Assembly: GCA_964016885.1 (NCBI GenBank)
Contig: OZ024742.1
Location: 62,310,001 to 62,374,000, forward strand
DNA: 64,000 nucleotides
Reading direction: 5' to 3'
Source: Eledone cirrhosa
Taxonomy: Eukaryota
Positions within the stretch are counted from its first letter, which is position 1, and every line of letters starts with the position of its first letter. The position numbers were made by a program, and so were the translations under genes. Positions 1 through 13,914 of the stretch are shown piece after piece. Below the pieces are notes generated by a model. That model was given only the letters and a program-made list of their open reading frames with translations, was not told the DNA's origin and ran no database searches.

Positions 1-134
1 CGGTGGTGTCCAGCAGAAGCAAGGGGGACAACCGTCTATGCATTTCAGACATGATTGGTCTTCCTCAGGACGGTCCCTCCCACTGCTTGCACTATATATA
101 TAGTAATAAATAATATATATATAAATGTAAGTAT

Positions 135-282
<148 letters not shown>

Positions 283-317
283 GCACACACATGATATAAC
301 ACATATACATATGGGGT

Positions 318-1545
318 ATATCGAACGTTAATAATAACGTTCGATTCGTTTCTAAACAAACGGCCCGATTTGAAGGTGTGCCTTGTCGGTAACTGATCGT
401 CACCTGTTTGTTCAACACTACTATATATTTTCAACCGTTCAACAGACTGGCAGAGTTATACAGTCCTGATGAAGGGTAATGACCCAGAAACATGTTGATT
501 GTTGCTCAAAGCCAGTGTAGAAGAAACAGGTGACGATCGGTCACCGACACGGCACAGCTTCAAATCGGGCCGTTTTCTTACAAACGAATCGAACATTATT
601 AATGTTCGATATAGCTCATAAGGACTAAACATAAGATAGGGAAAGCCACCTCATGGTACGACAACCAAAGATACCAGAGTATCATGTTCGTGGATGCTAC
701 CCCTGGACGGAAATTTTCTAATCAATTTAGAAAGGCTCCAAGAAAGACCCACTTAAAGATTAAAGTGGTAGAAAAGTCAGGAACTACCATAAAATCCCCG
801 ATCAGCAAAACATACCCCTTTAAGAAAACCCACTGTACTAATAAGAAATGTTTTATATGTAAAGTAAACCCCGCAGATAAACTGCAAAACTAGAAATGTA
901 GTCTATAGTATAAGATGTACAGAGGGTACTTGCAGAAATATGAAAACGACATACATAGGCGGGACAGCTCGAAGCATAGGAGAAAGAATAGACCAACACT
1001 GGGGGGATTTAAAAGGAAAAAATAAAAACGGTTCAGTACTCTACGAACACGCTAGACAACAACATGACGGTAACATAGACAACATAGAAATTAAAATAAT
1101 ATCTAAATATAGAAATGACCTAACAGGTAGGTAAATCAGAGAAGCGTGCGAAATAGAGTTTAGAAAGCCAAAGCTAAACAGAAAAATGAATGGAATAAGA
1201 CCAACAACATTACCCAAACAAACAATACTGACTTAAGAGAAATATAAATAAATAAATAAATAAATATATACACAAGCACAATAACAACAAACACATATAA
1301 ACACACTAATAAACAAAGATAGAATACAAAAATCATAAAAACACACACCCAAACGCGAACACACACACCAAACACTATACACACACGCAAACGCATGCGC
1401 AGAGACGGAGACAAAAATAAATAAATAAATAAATAAAATAAAAATGGCGTAGTCATTACAATACAATACAATACAGTAGGGGGAAACATGATAATAGTAC
1501 CACTGATGAGGTTGCAGATGTGCAACGGAAGAACTTTGTTAGACT
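318..1545 (+). mobile_element. Degenerate Penelope-like element fragment: inverted pLTR arms (318-419 / 514-613), GIY-YIG endonuclease remnant, 3' region; copies at ~5042-6262 and ~58273-59495
   Basis: Reads FVDATPG..KVVEKSG..C..C, VVYSIRC, YIGGTARSIGERIDQH, SVLYEHARQQH and REA.EI..KPKLN, with stops and frameshifts. This is a Penelope-type GIY-YIG C-terminus. Confidence 0.85.
460..502 (+). ncRNA. Minimal type I hammerhead ribozyme motif (family H1); copies at 5184-5226, 21499-21541, 58415-58457; decayed relative at 24018-24060
   Basis: ACAGTC-CTGATGA-a-GGGT aatg ACCC-a-GAAA-CATG-TT-GATTGT. Stems I and II pair, stem III is short and palindromic, and the cleavage triplet is GUU. Confidence 0.8.
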
Positions 1546-1757
1546 ATATATATATATATATTTATATCTGTATTTTTGACCGTTGTTCAGTCAATGATAA
1601 ACATTGATAGCCAAATGAATTAACTATACAGACATAAAGGATGCAGAAGCCAAAACCAACCAAACAGTGAGTGTGTTCTGTTATTATTTCTGGCAATAGT
1701 ATTATAACGATATAACCCTCCCCAAGTATAACAATATCTATATATATATATATATAT

Positions 1758-2183
1758 ATAATATAAGATCAAAAGATGGTTAAAGGAGTTCAATATATTT
1801 TATTATGCGCATTTCAAAAACAAACATCATCAAACAATAATATTTGTGTTTTCATCAGATAAAACAGGAAAACATGATATGAAGGCTAAAAAAACACTTG
1901 TTGATAGTGCAGTTTTAAATCAACATATGATATGTTGATTTAAAACTGCACTATCAACAAGTGTTTTTTTAGCCTTCATATCATGTTCTCCTGTTTTATC
2001 TGATGAAAACACAAATATTATTGTTTGATGATGTTTGTTTTTGAAATGCGCATAATAAAATATATTGAACTCCTTTAACCATCTTTTGATCTTATATTAT
2101 GCATACTCCAGTCCCACAAACTGTAGAGTGCTTCTTATCCGATATCTGCATTGCTTTATTGTACTACAATAAAACTCACCTCC

Positions 2184-2187
<4 letters not shown>
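1758..2187 (+). mobile_element. Fold-back mini-element in (TA)n: ~170-bp inverted arms centred ~1929 plus ~90-nt tail
   Basis: Arms ~1758-1926 and ~1931-2100 are near-perfect reverse complements with (TA)n on both sides. Absent from the paralogous (TA)n sites at ~6452-6550 and ~59691-59770. Confidence 0.9.
1994..2060 (+). ncRNA. Type I hammerhead ribozyme motif (H2); mirror copy at 1798-1864 (-)
   Basis: TTTTAT-CTGATGA-long stem II (AAACACAAATATTATT..GATGATGTTTGTTTTT)-GAAA-TGCGCA-TA-ATAAAA, with palindromic stem III. Confidence 0.85.
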
Positions 2188-2248
<61 letters not shown>

Positions 2249-3865
2249 TAAAATAACAGATTAAAGTTTAAGCAAAGAATCGCTGCTTTCACCCTTAATG
2301 GGATCTTCTGAAACTAACAAAGTCAATCTGTAAACGCAGAAGTGGATATTTCAAAAAACGTTGCAAACGGAGGAAGACAGGAAGACGATACTTTGGTTCG
2401 TGGAAACGTTCGCTGGCAAAGAACGGAAAAAACGAATATAATTCGTCATTAATAGGAGCGGTGAAAACAATTACGCGCAAAGACAGAACCACGTTTATGG
2501 TATAAAAGAGGTCGTAGACTAATGTTCTCTTAGGTGGTTCATAGAGACGTTCTCTGGCTATGAACGAAAAAAACGAAGATAATACGTCATATGTGGAGCG
2601 TGGAGAACAATAGCACGCAAAGACAAAACCACGTAAATGGTATAGCAGAAGTCGTAGACTAAAATTCTAACTAGGAGACCAAATTAATCTCCGCTACAGA
2701 GTTAAGAATAAAGTAGATAAATACAATACAGAAGTAATAGAAATAAATAAATACATACACAAGCATACGCAAAACACTTACCATAGGTATACAAAACCAC
2801 GCACATATACATATGTGTGTGTGTCTATGCGTGTATACAAATAAATAAATAATTATATAAACGTATATAAATAAATAAATACGTATATAACAAGCGCACA
2901 CACATACCTACATGTAAATACACGAATGTTCGGAGACGTAAGTCAACCAAAACATGAAGTACACATATACACACACCTACATACGTACGAACGCGCATGC
3001 ACAGAAACGATCACTTCACACAGGTAATATATATATATATGTATGTGTGTGTGTGTGTGTAATTCCATATGTATAATCTTTGTGCGTGCATGGATGTATA
3101 CAAGTGTGTCTGTGTGTGTATGTATATGTTTACATCCATGCTCACACTAGGTTTCCTCACTTGTGTGTGTACACACACACACATATGTATATCTTATATT
3201 TTTATGTGTGCGTATATATATATATATATATGAATAATACCATATGTATATGCTTTGTATATATAGTTTTAATAACTTTTTCCTTTGTGTATATATATAT
3301 ATATCTTTCATATGCACTATCCCATCACCTCATTAACTCCTTATAGCACAAGCCCTCTTAACAATCCCTTAGCACATCCAATACCCTACCTAATAGTAAA
3401 ACACCGTAATCTTTCATCCCGTAGCATAAAGCAAACCACACACAGAACATCAGCCTCAACATCAACATGTCCAGAGATGGTCAAAACGCCACACCCGACC
3501 GCCACATCAACCACTGCCCCTCACCACCAATTCATGACTTGATTCACCCCCCCCCCCCCCCCCAACACCTACACTATAGGCGAAAACATTCCTCGTAATT
3601 AATCCACCAATCAAAACAACTTTTACTGTCCAACATATGAACGCTTGACTTTTTACTACGCCATGTATATTCATTCTGTCATTACTATCACAGAGGTTCG
3701 ACGAGCCATTGATTACAGAGTCGGGCTAGATCGATACAGATCGAACCTTGAGCTGATCAATAGGGAAAAGTGCGTCACCAACAAATAAACGTAATGAAGG
3801 AGTAACGATTCGTCCTTATTTTATCATATATATATAGTTATGTAATAAACAACATAAGGCAATTA

Positions 3866-3925
3866 TTCCATTTACCAGTGGTTTCTTAAAAGCAAAAAAT
3901 GTTGCTTTCAATCATCAGAATGAAA
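3866..3925 (-). ncRNA. Hammerhead motif H9, left-arm copy (right-arm copy deleted in this paralog)
   Basis: Identical to 56506-56565, the mirror of 56651-56710. Confidence 0.75.
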
Positions 3926-4161
3926 AAATCCTGGTCTGTTTATTGAATTTGGATTTTAAAAACAAAGATTTTTGTTTTTAAAATCCAAATTCAATAAACA
4001 GACCAGGCTGGACTGCCGACCGCTATATCTGATTTGCTAAGCTGTCTGCACGTAATGTTATTACTCTGGGTCTTTCCTCATCTGACTGCTCAAGCTACAG
4101 ACCGATTATGCATATACGCTAGCTTGGCCATATTCTAAAGCTTCGTCAATGCTGTACTAAA

Positions 4162-4211
<50 letters not shown>

Positions 4212-4379
4212 ATGTATGTATATGTATATATATATTAAATAACAGATTAAAATTTAAATAAAGAATCGCTGCTTTCACCCGTAACGAGATCTTATATATA
4301 TTCCTATATATATATATTCCTTATCGAGCCCTCTTCGGATTTTAGTCTTCACATTTATTATTATTACTATTATTATTAC

Positions 4380-4565
4380 GGTGGATTGGCAGTATCGGTA
4401 GAGGGTCGGACGCCATGCTTTCCAGCATAGTTACGTCCCTTTACGATCTGAGTTCAAATCCCGCCGAGGTTGACTTTGCCTTTCATCCTTACGGGGTCGA
4501 TAAAATAAACAACAAGTAATGCACTAGGTAATTGCTGGCCTTGTACCTAAAGTAGAAACAATTAT
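4380..4565 (+). mobile_element. tRNA-derived octopus-type SINE; further copies or fragments at ~11972-12090(-), 13540-13605, 36358-36455, 37090-37246(-), 38436-38678, 39405-39577(-), 48322-48478(-), 57715-57900
   Basis: Box-B-like GAGTTCAAATCC followed by the conserved body GACTTTGCCTTTCATCCTTACGGGGTCGATAAAATAAA, repeated many times in the window. Confidence 0.8.
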
Positions 4566-4838
4566 TACTATATATATATATATAATAGAAATAGGATTTT
4601 GCTTCAGGCATAGCTGTATACAAATATGTATAGAAATTTCGTATTTCTAAAGAAACACGGTTTTAGGAAGCCATAACTATGCAAACACCGGGGCTAACGC
4701 CCTCCGGTGGTGTCCAGCAGAAGCAAGGGGGACAACCGTCTATGCATTTCAGACATGATTGGTCTTCCTCAGGACGGTCCCTCCCACTGCTTGCACTATA
4801 TATATAGTAATAAATAATATATATATAAATGTAAGTAT

Positions 4839-5006
<168 letters not shown>

Positions 5007-6447
5007 GCACACACATGATATAACACATATACATATGGGGTATATCGAACGTTAATAATAACGTTCGATTCGTTTCTAAACAAACGGCCCGATTTGAAGG
5101 TGTGCCTTGTCGGTAACTGATCGTCACCTGTTTGTTCAACACTACTATATATTTTCAACCGTTCAACAGACTGGCAGAGTTATACAGTCCTGATGAAGGG
5201 TAATGACCCAGAAACATGTTGATTGTTGCTCAAAGCCAGTGTAGAAGAAACAGGTGACGATCGGTCACCGACACGGCACAGCTTCAAATCGGGCCGTTTT
5301 CTTACAAACGAATCGAACATTATTAATGTTCGATATAGCTCATAAGGACTAAACATAAGATAGGGAAAGCCACCTCATGGTACGACAACCAAAGATACCA
5401 GAGTATCATGTTCGTGGATGCTACCCCTGGACGGAAATTTTCTAATCAATTTAGAAAGGCTCCAAGAAAGACCCACTTAAAGATTAAAGTGGTAGAAAAG
5501 TCAGGAACTACCATAAAATCCCGATCAGCAAAACATACCCCTTTAAGAAAACCCACTGTACTAATAAGAAATGTTTTATATGTAAAGTAAACCCCGCAGA
5601 TAAACTGCAAAACTAGAAATGTAGTCTATAGTATAAGATGTACAGAGGGTACTTGCAGAAATATGAAAACGACATACATAGGCGGGACAGCTCGAAGCAT
5701 AGGAGAAAGAATAGACCAACACTGGGGGGATTTAAAAGGAAAAAATAAAAACGGTTCAGTACTCTACGAACACGCTAGACAACAACATGACGGTAACATA
5801 GACAACATAGAAATTAAAATAATATCTAAATATAGAAATGACCTAACAGGTAGGTAAATCAGAGAAGCGTGCGAAATAGAGTTTAGAAAGCCAAAGCTAA
5901 ACAGAAAAATGAATGGAATAAGACCAACAACATTACCCAAACAAACAATACTGACTTAAGAGAAATATAAATAAATAAATAAATAAATATATACACAAGC
6001 ACAATAACAACAAACACATATAAACACACTAATAAACAAAGATAGAATACAAAAATCATAAAAACACACACCCAAACGCGAACACACACACCAAACACTA
6101 TACACACACGCAAACGCATGCGCAGAGACGGAGACAAAAATAAATAAATAAATAAATAAAATAAAAATGGCGTAGTCATTACAATACAATACAGTAGGGG
6201 GAAACATGATAATAGTACCACTGATGAGGTTGCAGATGTGCAACGGAAGAACTTTGTTAGACTATATATATATATATATTTATATCTGTATTTTTGACCG
6301 TTGTTCAGTCAATGATAAACATTGATAGCCAAATGAATTAACTATACAGACATAAAGGATGCAGAAGCCAAAACCAACCAAACAGTGAGTGTGTTCTGTT
6401 ATTATTTCTGGCAATAGTATTATAACGATATAACCCTCCCCAAGTAT

Positions 6448-7985
<1,538 letters not shown>

Positions 7986-8170
7986 TGTGTATACATACAT
8001 ACATACTTAGTGTATACATACATAAATACATATACATGCATGTGATTGGTGCCTGACGGCGAGTAGGCTGGTTGCTATAAAGCGCAGCCGAACACTGCCT
8101 AAAGTGTTGTTACTCAACCATACGGGAGTATATAAAATATATAGGTTTACCTATACATAAACTAGACGGA

Positions 8171-8234
<64 letters not shown>

Positions 8235-8449
8235 CGGTGTGGCTCAATGATGAATTAATTAATTAAATAATCAACAATCAGAGCAGTATATAAGAAAGTA
8301 AGTCCATAGAATCATTTGATAAAATATATTCAGTATTTCTCCTCCCAATCAGCTTTCTGACTTGACCACTGGCCATGTGACAATTCTTAGCCATTTTGGA
8401 TTCGTTTCTGGCGGGGATCATTTAAGAAAAATCTTTGTCCAATTGAGTT

Positions 8450-8534
8450 TGTTTCCTGATGATTTCGAAACTCGTAAATTTATCCATGATCGGATATTTC
8501 CAAAAAGCGAATGAAACCTGATGGGGTAGAAACA
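8450..8534 (+). ncRNA. Type I hammerhead motif with large loop II (H3); copies at 61710-61794(+) and 43451-43535(-)
   Basis: TGTTTC-CTGATGA-tTTCG..(40 nt)..CGAAt-GAAA-CCT gatg GGG-TA-GAAACA, triplet GUA. Lies in a (TA)n-flanked insert with inverted arms at 8288-8353 and 8765-8830. Confidence 0.75.
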
Positions 8535-8893
8535 TAATTTTGGTATGTTTATGTACATTTTTTCTTCTAACTTTGATTTTGTACCTAATTGTGTATGGTT
8601 GGCTATATGTCTAATCAATTTCTACGGGCTATTAGAAATACTGGGTACATTTTCTGTGGCTGTTGATCGCGGATAAAATAGCTTTCATTTATTTATCTAT
8701 TGTTTCTTCATAGGTACATTTTAAACTTATAGCCTCGTTTAATTGATTTTGTGTAGTTAATTACGCTGATTGGGAGGATAAATACTGTATATATTTGATC
8801 AAATGATTCTATGGACTTACTTTCTTATATATCAATATATATATATATATATATAGTAATAATAATAAATTTGAAAACTAATAATAAATAATA

Positions 8894-8944
8894 AATTTCA
8901 GAAGATCCCGTTAAGGGTGAAAGCGGCGATTCTTTGCTTAAACT
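8894..8944 (+). ncRNA. Hammerhead-like motif with variant core CAGAAGA (H4); copies at 2265-2315(-), 6571-6621(-), ~40527-40577(-), ~43007-43057(-), ~45375-45425(+), ~59787-59837(-), ~62146-62196(+)
   Basis: Best copy (6571-6621) reads AGTTT-CAGAAGA-tCCC gttaa GGGt-GAAA-GCA..TGC-TT-AAACT. All three stems pair but core U4 is replaced by A. Confidence 0.55.
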
Positions 8945-8955
8945 TTAATCTGTTA

Positions 8956-9020
<65 letters not shown>

Positions 9021-9041
9021 GTTTGTTCGTGTGTATTTCAG

Positions 9042-9199
9042 GGATGTAAGATTCCACATTTCACACAAAAGGAACAATTGTAATGATTCTATTGGATGGA
9101 TGATGGTTTATCATAGGTCTAATACTTGCTTGAAAGATCCTCTTAAATATCCAGAAATTGTGTATTCAAACAAAATGACAAGAACAGATTTGACACAAG
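9042..9199 (+). CDS. Exon 4 of secreted PAN/apple-domain protein, paralog A
   Basis: TATTTCAG acceptor, GTAAGT donor, 158 nt, phase 2 to 1. Encodes DVRFHISHKRNNCNDSIGWMMVYHRSNTCLKDPLKYPEIVYSNKMTRTDLTQ. Confidence 0.85.
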
Positions 9200-9399
9200 G
9201 TAAGTGTTTATTCCTGTAACTTATTTTAAGCCAGTACAAGACTATACTATACAACATGTCTTTTTCTCACCCAATGGTTGTAACTGCTACAAGGATAAAG
9301 TAGATGTTCTAATCAGCGGTAACTACATAGGTATCAAGTTGAAGGAATAGCTCATGAAAATTATCAAGAGTTATAGTACAATTAATTAGGAACATATTG

Positions 9400-9850
9400 A
9401 AGCTAGATAAAATACAGTTTGGCATTATGCTAGGTAGGGGTAAAATAGATGATATCCGCATATGAACTGCAATGCCTTGACTGTACAAGATCTGTGATGG
9501 CTGGAAAGAAATGAAGCGAGTATGCTCTGGTTGATGTTCAATGTTAGTGTGCATGAACAATGCAGCATACGTGAACTGTGAGAAAAACTAGGCATAAGAG
9601 GAAACCGATGTAGTGTGAAAGAGAGAAGCCTGCAATGGTATGAGTACGTGATGCATATGGAGGATAGCAACTGTATAAAGAAATACGGAGAAATATCAGT
9701 GAATGGGACTCATGCAGGAGGTAGATACTGTAAGAGAAGGAATGAAGAAGTGGAGACTGAACTTAGGAAACTAAATCTCATGACAAAGATATTAAAGAAC
9801 AACAAGGATTGGCAGCATGCCGTACTGGAGGACACTTGTCTATTAATAGT
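9400..9850 (+). mobile_element. Decayed LINE (RTE-like) 3' fragment; copies at ~42140-42580(-) and ~62615-63060(+)
   Basis: LERNEASML.W, ELREKLGIRG and ERSLQWYEYVMHM-like remnants, also seen at 21915-22437. Confidence 0.6.
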
Positions 9851-10803
9851 AGAATGTAAACGTGATCTGACCTATTCATGCCACACTACTCCATTACTCT
9901 CTAGTAACTATTCTGACCATCACTGTACTTTATCTGAGATCAGTCCCACCCTCCTCCACTCTCATGTCACCCGGTCAAATGGTTGTGGTGCTAATAAGTA
10001 TGTGGTGTTAGTGCTGGTCTGTTGGTGGAGGTAGTGATGTTAATAGGGGTGTGGTGTTTGTGGTTGTGTTGGTCAAATGGTAGTGATGCTAACAAGGGTG
10101 AGGTGTTAGTGATGATATTGGTGGTGGTAGTGGTACGAATATGTGTGGTTTTAGTAGTGGTTTTGGTGATGGTGTTGGTAGTGGTGCTAGAGGTGATGTG
10201 TTGCTGGCAGCGGTGTAACGTGGCATTAGTGATGTTGGTAGTAGTGTGGTGTTAGTGGCAGTGTTTGTAGTAGTACTAATAGGAATGTGGTGTTAGTGGG
10301 GATGTTGGTGGTGGAAATGTTGTAGTTTGGTTTCAGTATTGATTGTTGTCTGGCTTTCGTGGTGGTGTTGATAGTGGTATGGTTTATAGCATAGATGGTG
10401 GTATTAATAGTGTTAGTTGTTGTTGTTGTTTATTATCATGAGACATATATTCCAAGACATCAAGCAGCAAATTGGCAAAGTCATTACATTATTGGATAGA
10501 ATTATGTGTGCTATTATTTCTGGTTTTCTGTATTCAGGGTACAAACCCTGCCAAGGTATATTTCGTCTTTCATGCTTCCAAGTCAACAAAAAAGTACCAA
10601 TTTCGTACTGGTATCGATTTTTTCTCCATATATCTTTTTACTTCCAATCTATCATTTTCTCTCATTCTCTGGAAGAAATCATCTTTGTTCAGACCTGGCA
10701 AAGATGAGGCTTTGCCAGTTTGACATGCCCGAGACATATTGTGACTTTACGACTCCACCAAAATTACACATTTAGAGAGCGAGAGAGAGAGAGAGAGTAA
10801 GAT

Positions 10804-10860
<57 letters not shown>

Positions 10861-10974
10861 GAGATTGAGAGAGAGAGAGAGAGAGAGAGATGAGAGAGCG
10901 AGAGAGAGAAAGAGAGATTGAAAGAGAGAGGGGAGAGAGCGAGAGAGAGAGAGAGAGTAAAAGATTCTAACATA

Positions 10975-11675
10975 TCCACTTATCTCACAACTTCTCTTCG
11001 CGCTGGGTGCTGATGAACTTGCTCACTCAGTCCAGCCGCCCTTCAATGTGTGGCTGGTACTTGGATGACACGATTCTGGTAGGATTGGCCGAGCCTGTTA
11101 CTGAGGACCTCCAGCGGGTCATTCCTTCCTTAAGGTACCTAGGACGGAAGATCAACTCCGAGTTCGAAAATTTGAGTCGAATTCCAAGACGCTGTAGCCA
11201 GCATCGTTCCTGTCCTGACTAGGGCACTGTTGACCCCGAAGGAGAACATCAGCATTTCCGGCTCTCCAATCCCCCCGAAAGCTATACGTGAGTGCCATGA
11301 AGACCTGACCAACCGCTTCCTATTTCCTATCGTCTCTGTCGAGACGTCAGGTGTCATTGGTCGCCGCACTGCTGATCTCCTCCGTTAGTCAGATAGAAAG
11401 ATGACGGCTCGCTTGAGGAGGGAGCCCCATACGGTGAAATGGCTGTTGCAGCGGGTCTCTTTGGTCATTCTTCGCGGTAACACTTTTGCCGTTTTGTCCG
11501 CAGAGCGCGGCTAAAGCACCATTTAGACTGGGGTGTAGTGACTGTCTCTCTCCGTCTCCCTTTCTTTCGTCTTTCGATCCTTCTTTCTTTTTCTCCTTTT
11601 CCTTTCCTTTTTTCTTCTTCCTTTTCTGTTCCCTTTAGTAATGTGTTTTGTTTTTGTCAAATACTGCTCAATTAA
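10975..11675 (+). mobile_element. Internally deleted CRE-like non-LTR retrotransposon remnant
   Basis: WYLDDTILVG (RT catalytic motif) lies only ~250 nt from FPIVSVETSGVIG..WLLQRVSLVILRGNTFAVL, a CRE-type restriction-like endonuclease C-terminus. Confidence 0.7.
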
Positions 11676-12402
11676 AAATATATTAATTTGTTGTATTTAA
11701 AGTACAGATATCACTCGTAAACTCGGTCCCAGTTCAAATTCTCCCAATTTACATTATATATTGCATGTTTTAGACTTGGGTAAAATAATCAATAATCTTT
11801 AACTACTGGGTATTAAGTGGATATTAACAATATCATGGGAACCAATCAATTCTAATTAATTAAAATTACACTCGTGGTGAGGAGAATAAAAACAGATTAA
11901 TGACATATTCTGCTCAAGAAATGAAATCAAGGGAGGCGATCCACAAATATTAATTGACTTAAATTAACAAATAATTGTTTCTACATTTGGCACAAGGCCA
12001 GCAATTACCCAGTGCATTACTGGTACTTTATTTTATCGACCCCGTAAGGATGAAAGGCAAAGGTAACCTCAGCGGGATTTGAACTCAGAATGGCAACAAA
12101 TAATGAAATAGTGTAGACCTCATATTTGTGAGGAGGTGTTGTATCCCTTGGAGTGTGGTGTTAGGAAAGTGTTGTGGTGTTAGTGGTGGTGGTGGTAGTG
12201 GTAGTGGTCAGCTGCAGTATTAGTGGTGGTACTGATATTGGTAGTAATGTACACATCTGGTAATTCATTATTAATCCCAAGTAAATGAAGGCAGATTCGA
12301 ACCTGACATGCCTTTAAATATCACCTGATATGTTGCTTACCTTTCTAAACATTCTTCCAATCAATTGATTTATAATAAAACTATTTTTCTTTAATTTTAC
12401 AG

Positions 12403-12452
12403 AATCTTATTCAGCAGCTGATTCTTTGTCAATTTATGTAAAGTTGACATAA
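12403..12452 (+). CDS. Terminal coding exon 5 of paralog A
   Basis: Strong acceptor TTTTTCTTTAATTTTACAG. Phase 1 joins exon 4 to give (E)SYSAADSLSIYVKLT*. AATAAA occurs downstream at ~12610. Confidence 0.75.
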
Positions 12453-13435
12453 AAACTTGACAAGATTATACCACAGTATTTAAAGTAGAAGACTTTAGAG
12501 AACGAGAAAAACGACCTCTTAGTTCTACAGGACTTTCATTCACATATATTTTATAGTGGAAACTGGTACAACTTCAACACAGGTACCTCATAAGTATAGA
12601 TTACAAGCTAATAAAAGTATCTTAGACGTCACATCACATAATTTAGCACATCCTATTTCACTTGAAGTGTAACACCTATGGTGGCACATTAAATGTAGAA
12701 TTATATAACAGAAAACACAGGAAGAAATACCAATATTAGTATGTTTATGTGTGTGTATGTGAATGCGTGTATGTATGTATGTATTTATGTATGTACGTAT
12801 GTATGTATGTATTTGTGTATGCATGTAAGTTAGGTCGCTCTTCAGCACTACTGGTAAAATGTAACCCAGTACAACCTGTGTATGCTTGATTCGTTGGCGA
12901 CATCGTCTGTTTGTATCGTATATTTATTCAATTATTTATTAATATATTTTCTGTGTGTAACTATTAATTAAAATAATTTAGAGGAGATTGTTATTATGTA
13001 ACACCTATCTCAGTGGTACCTACTGTATCTTGGCTACACTTTCAATAAATATCATTAAATACATTTCTCTATTATTGTTTTAAATTATTTGGTGTTGATA
13101 AAACAATTTCGTATTAAAAACATTCTATAGAATATCAGCCATAATAATATTATTTTATTCTTTTGATAGATTCAGTCATTGTCTAAGTAGAAACTGTGTT
13201 GAGTATAATTTCTTAACCATTAATATATTCCTGTTGAGTTTAGCAAGAGTAATCTCCATATTTGAGAATGTTTCGACTAGGATGAAATATACACTGACTC
13301 ACAGACACGCTCTCTTACACATACACACACACTCACACACACACAGTCACGTACACATGATCAAATAAACAGGATTCAGAAGAAGCCTTCAAATTTGGGA
13401 ATGTTTTCACTGGGATGAAATATACAGTGACATAG

Positions 13436-13529
<94 letters not shown>

Positions 13530-13914
13530 GAGATGAACATTGCCTTTCATCCTTACGGAGTCGATAAAATAAAGTACCAGTAATGCACTGGAATAATTGC
13601 TGGCCGTAAATAGGAAGCTTGGGTACAATTGAAGCTGTTAGTGTGTATTGCTGTTGAGATTTATCATTTCGTCGTTGTTGAGTGGAGCTGGTGGCAGTTG
13701 ATATTGTTGTTGTTATTTGGTTTCCTATCGTTTTGATGATGCTGTTGTTGTTGATGGTGTTCATAAGCTCTGACCCCGTCAATAACACCAGGTCCAGTCT
13801 AATTATAGATTTTTGTCCTCTTCCTTTTAAATTTGTGGGAAGGGACGTTAAAGATATTCAGGTAATTAATTTGTGTTTTCCCGTCTTTCTTTTCTTTTTA
13901 CTATGTTTAAAATC

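Noticed and set aside
9975-10430. Val-rich hydrophobic ORFs resembling membrane proteins
   Set aside because: Degenerate (GGT/AGT/TGT)n low-complexity intron sequence.
13170-13250. Acceptor followed by HCLSRNCVEYNF, faintly PAN-like
   Set aside because: Too short, lacks the following Cys in frame, and has no partner exon.
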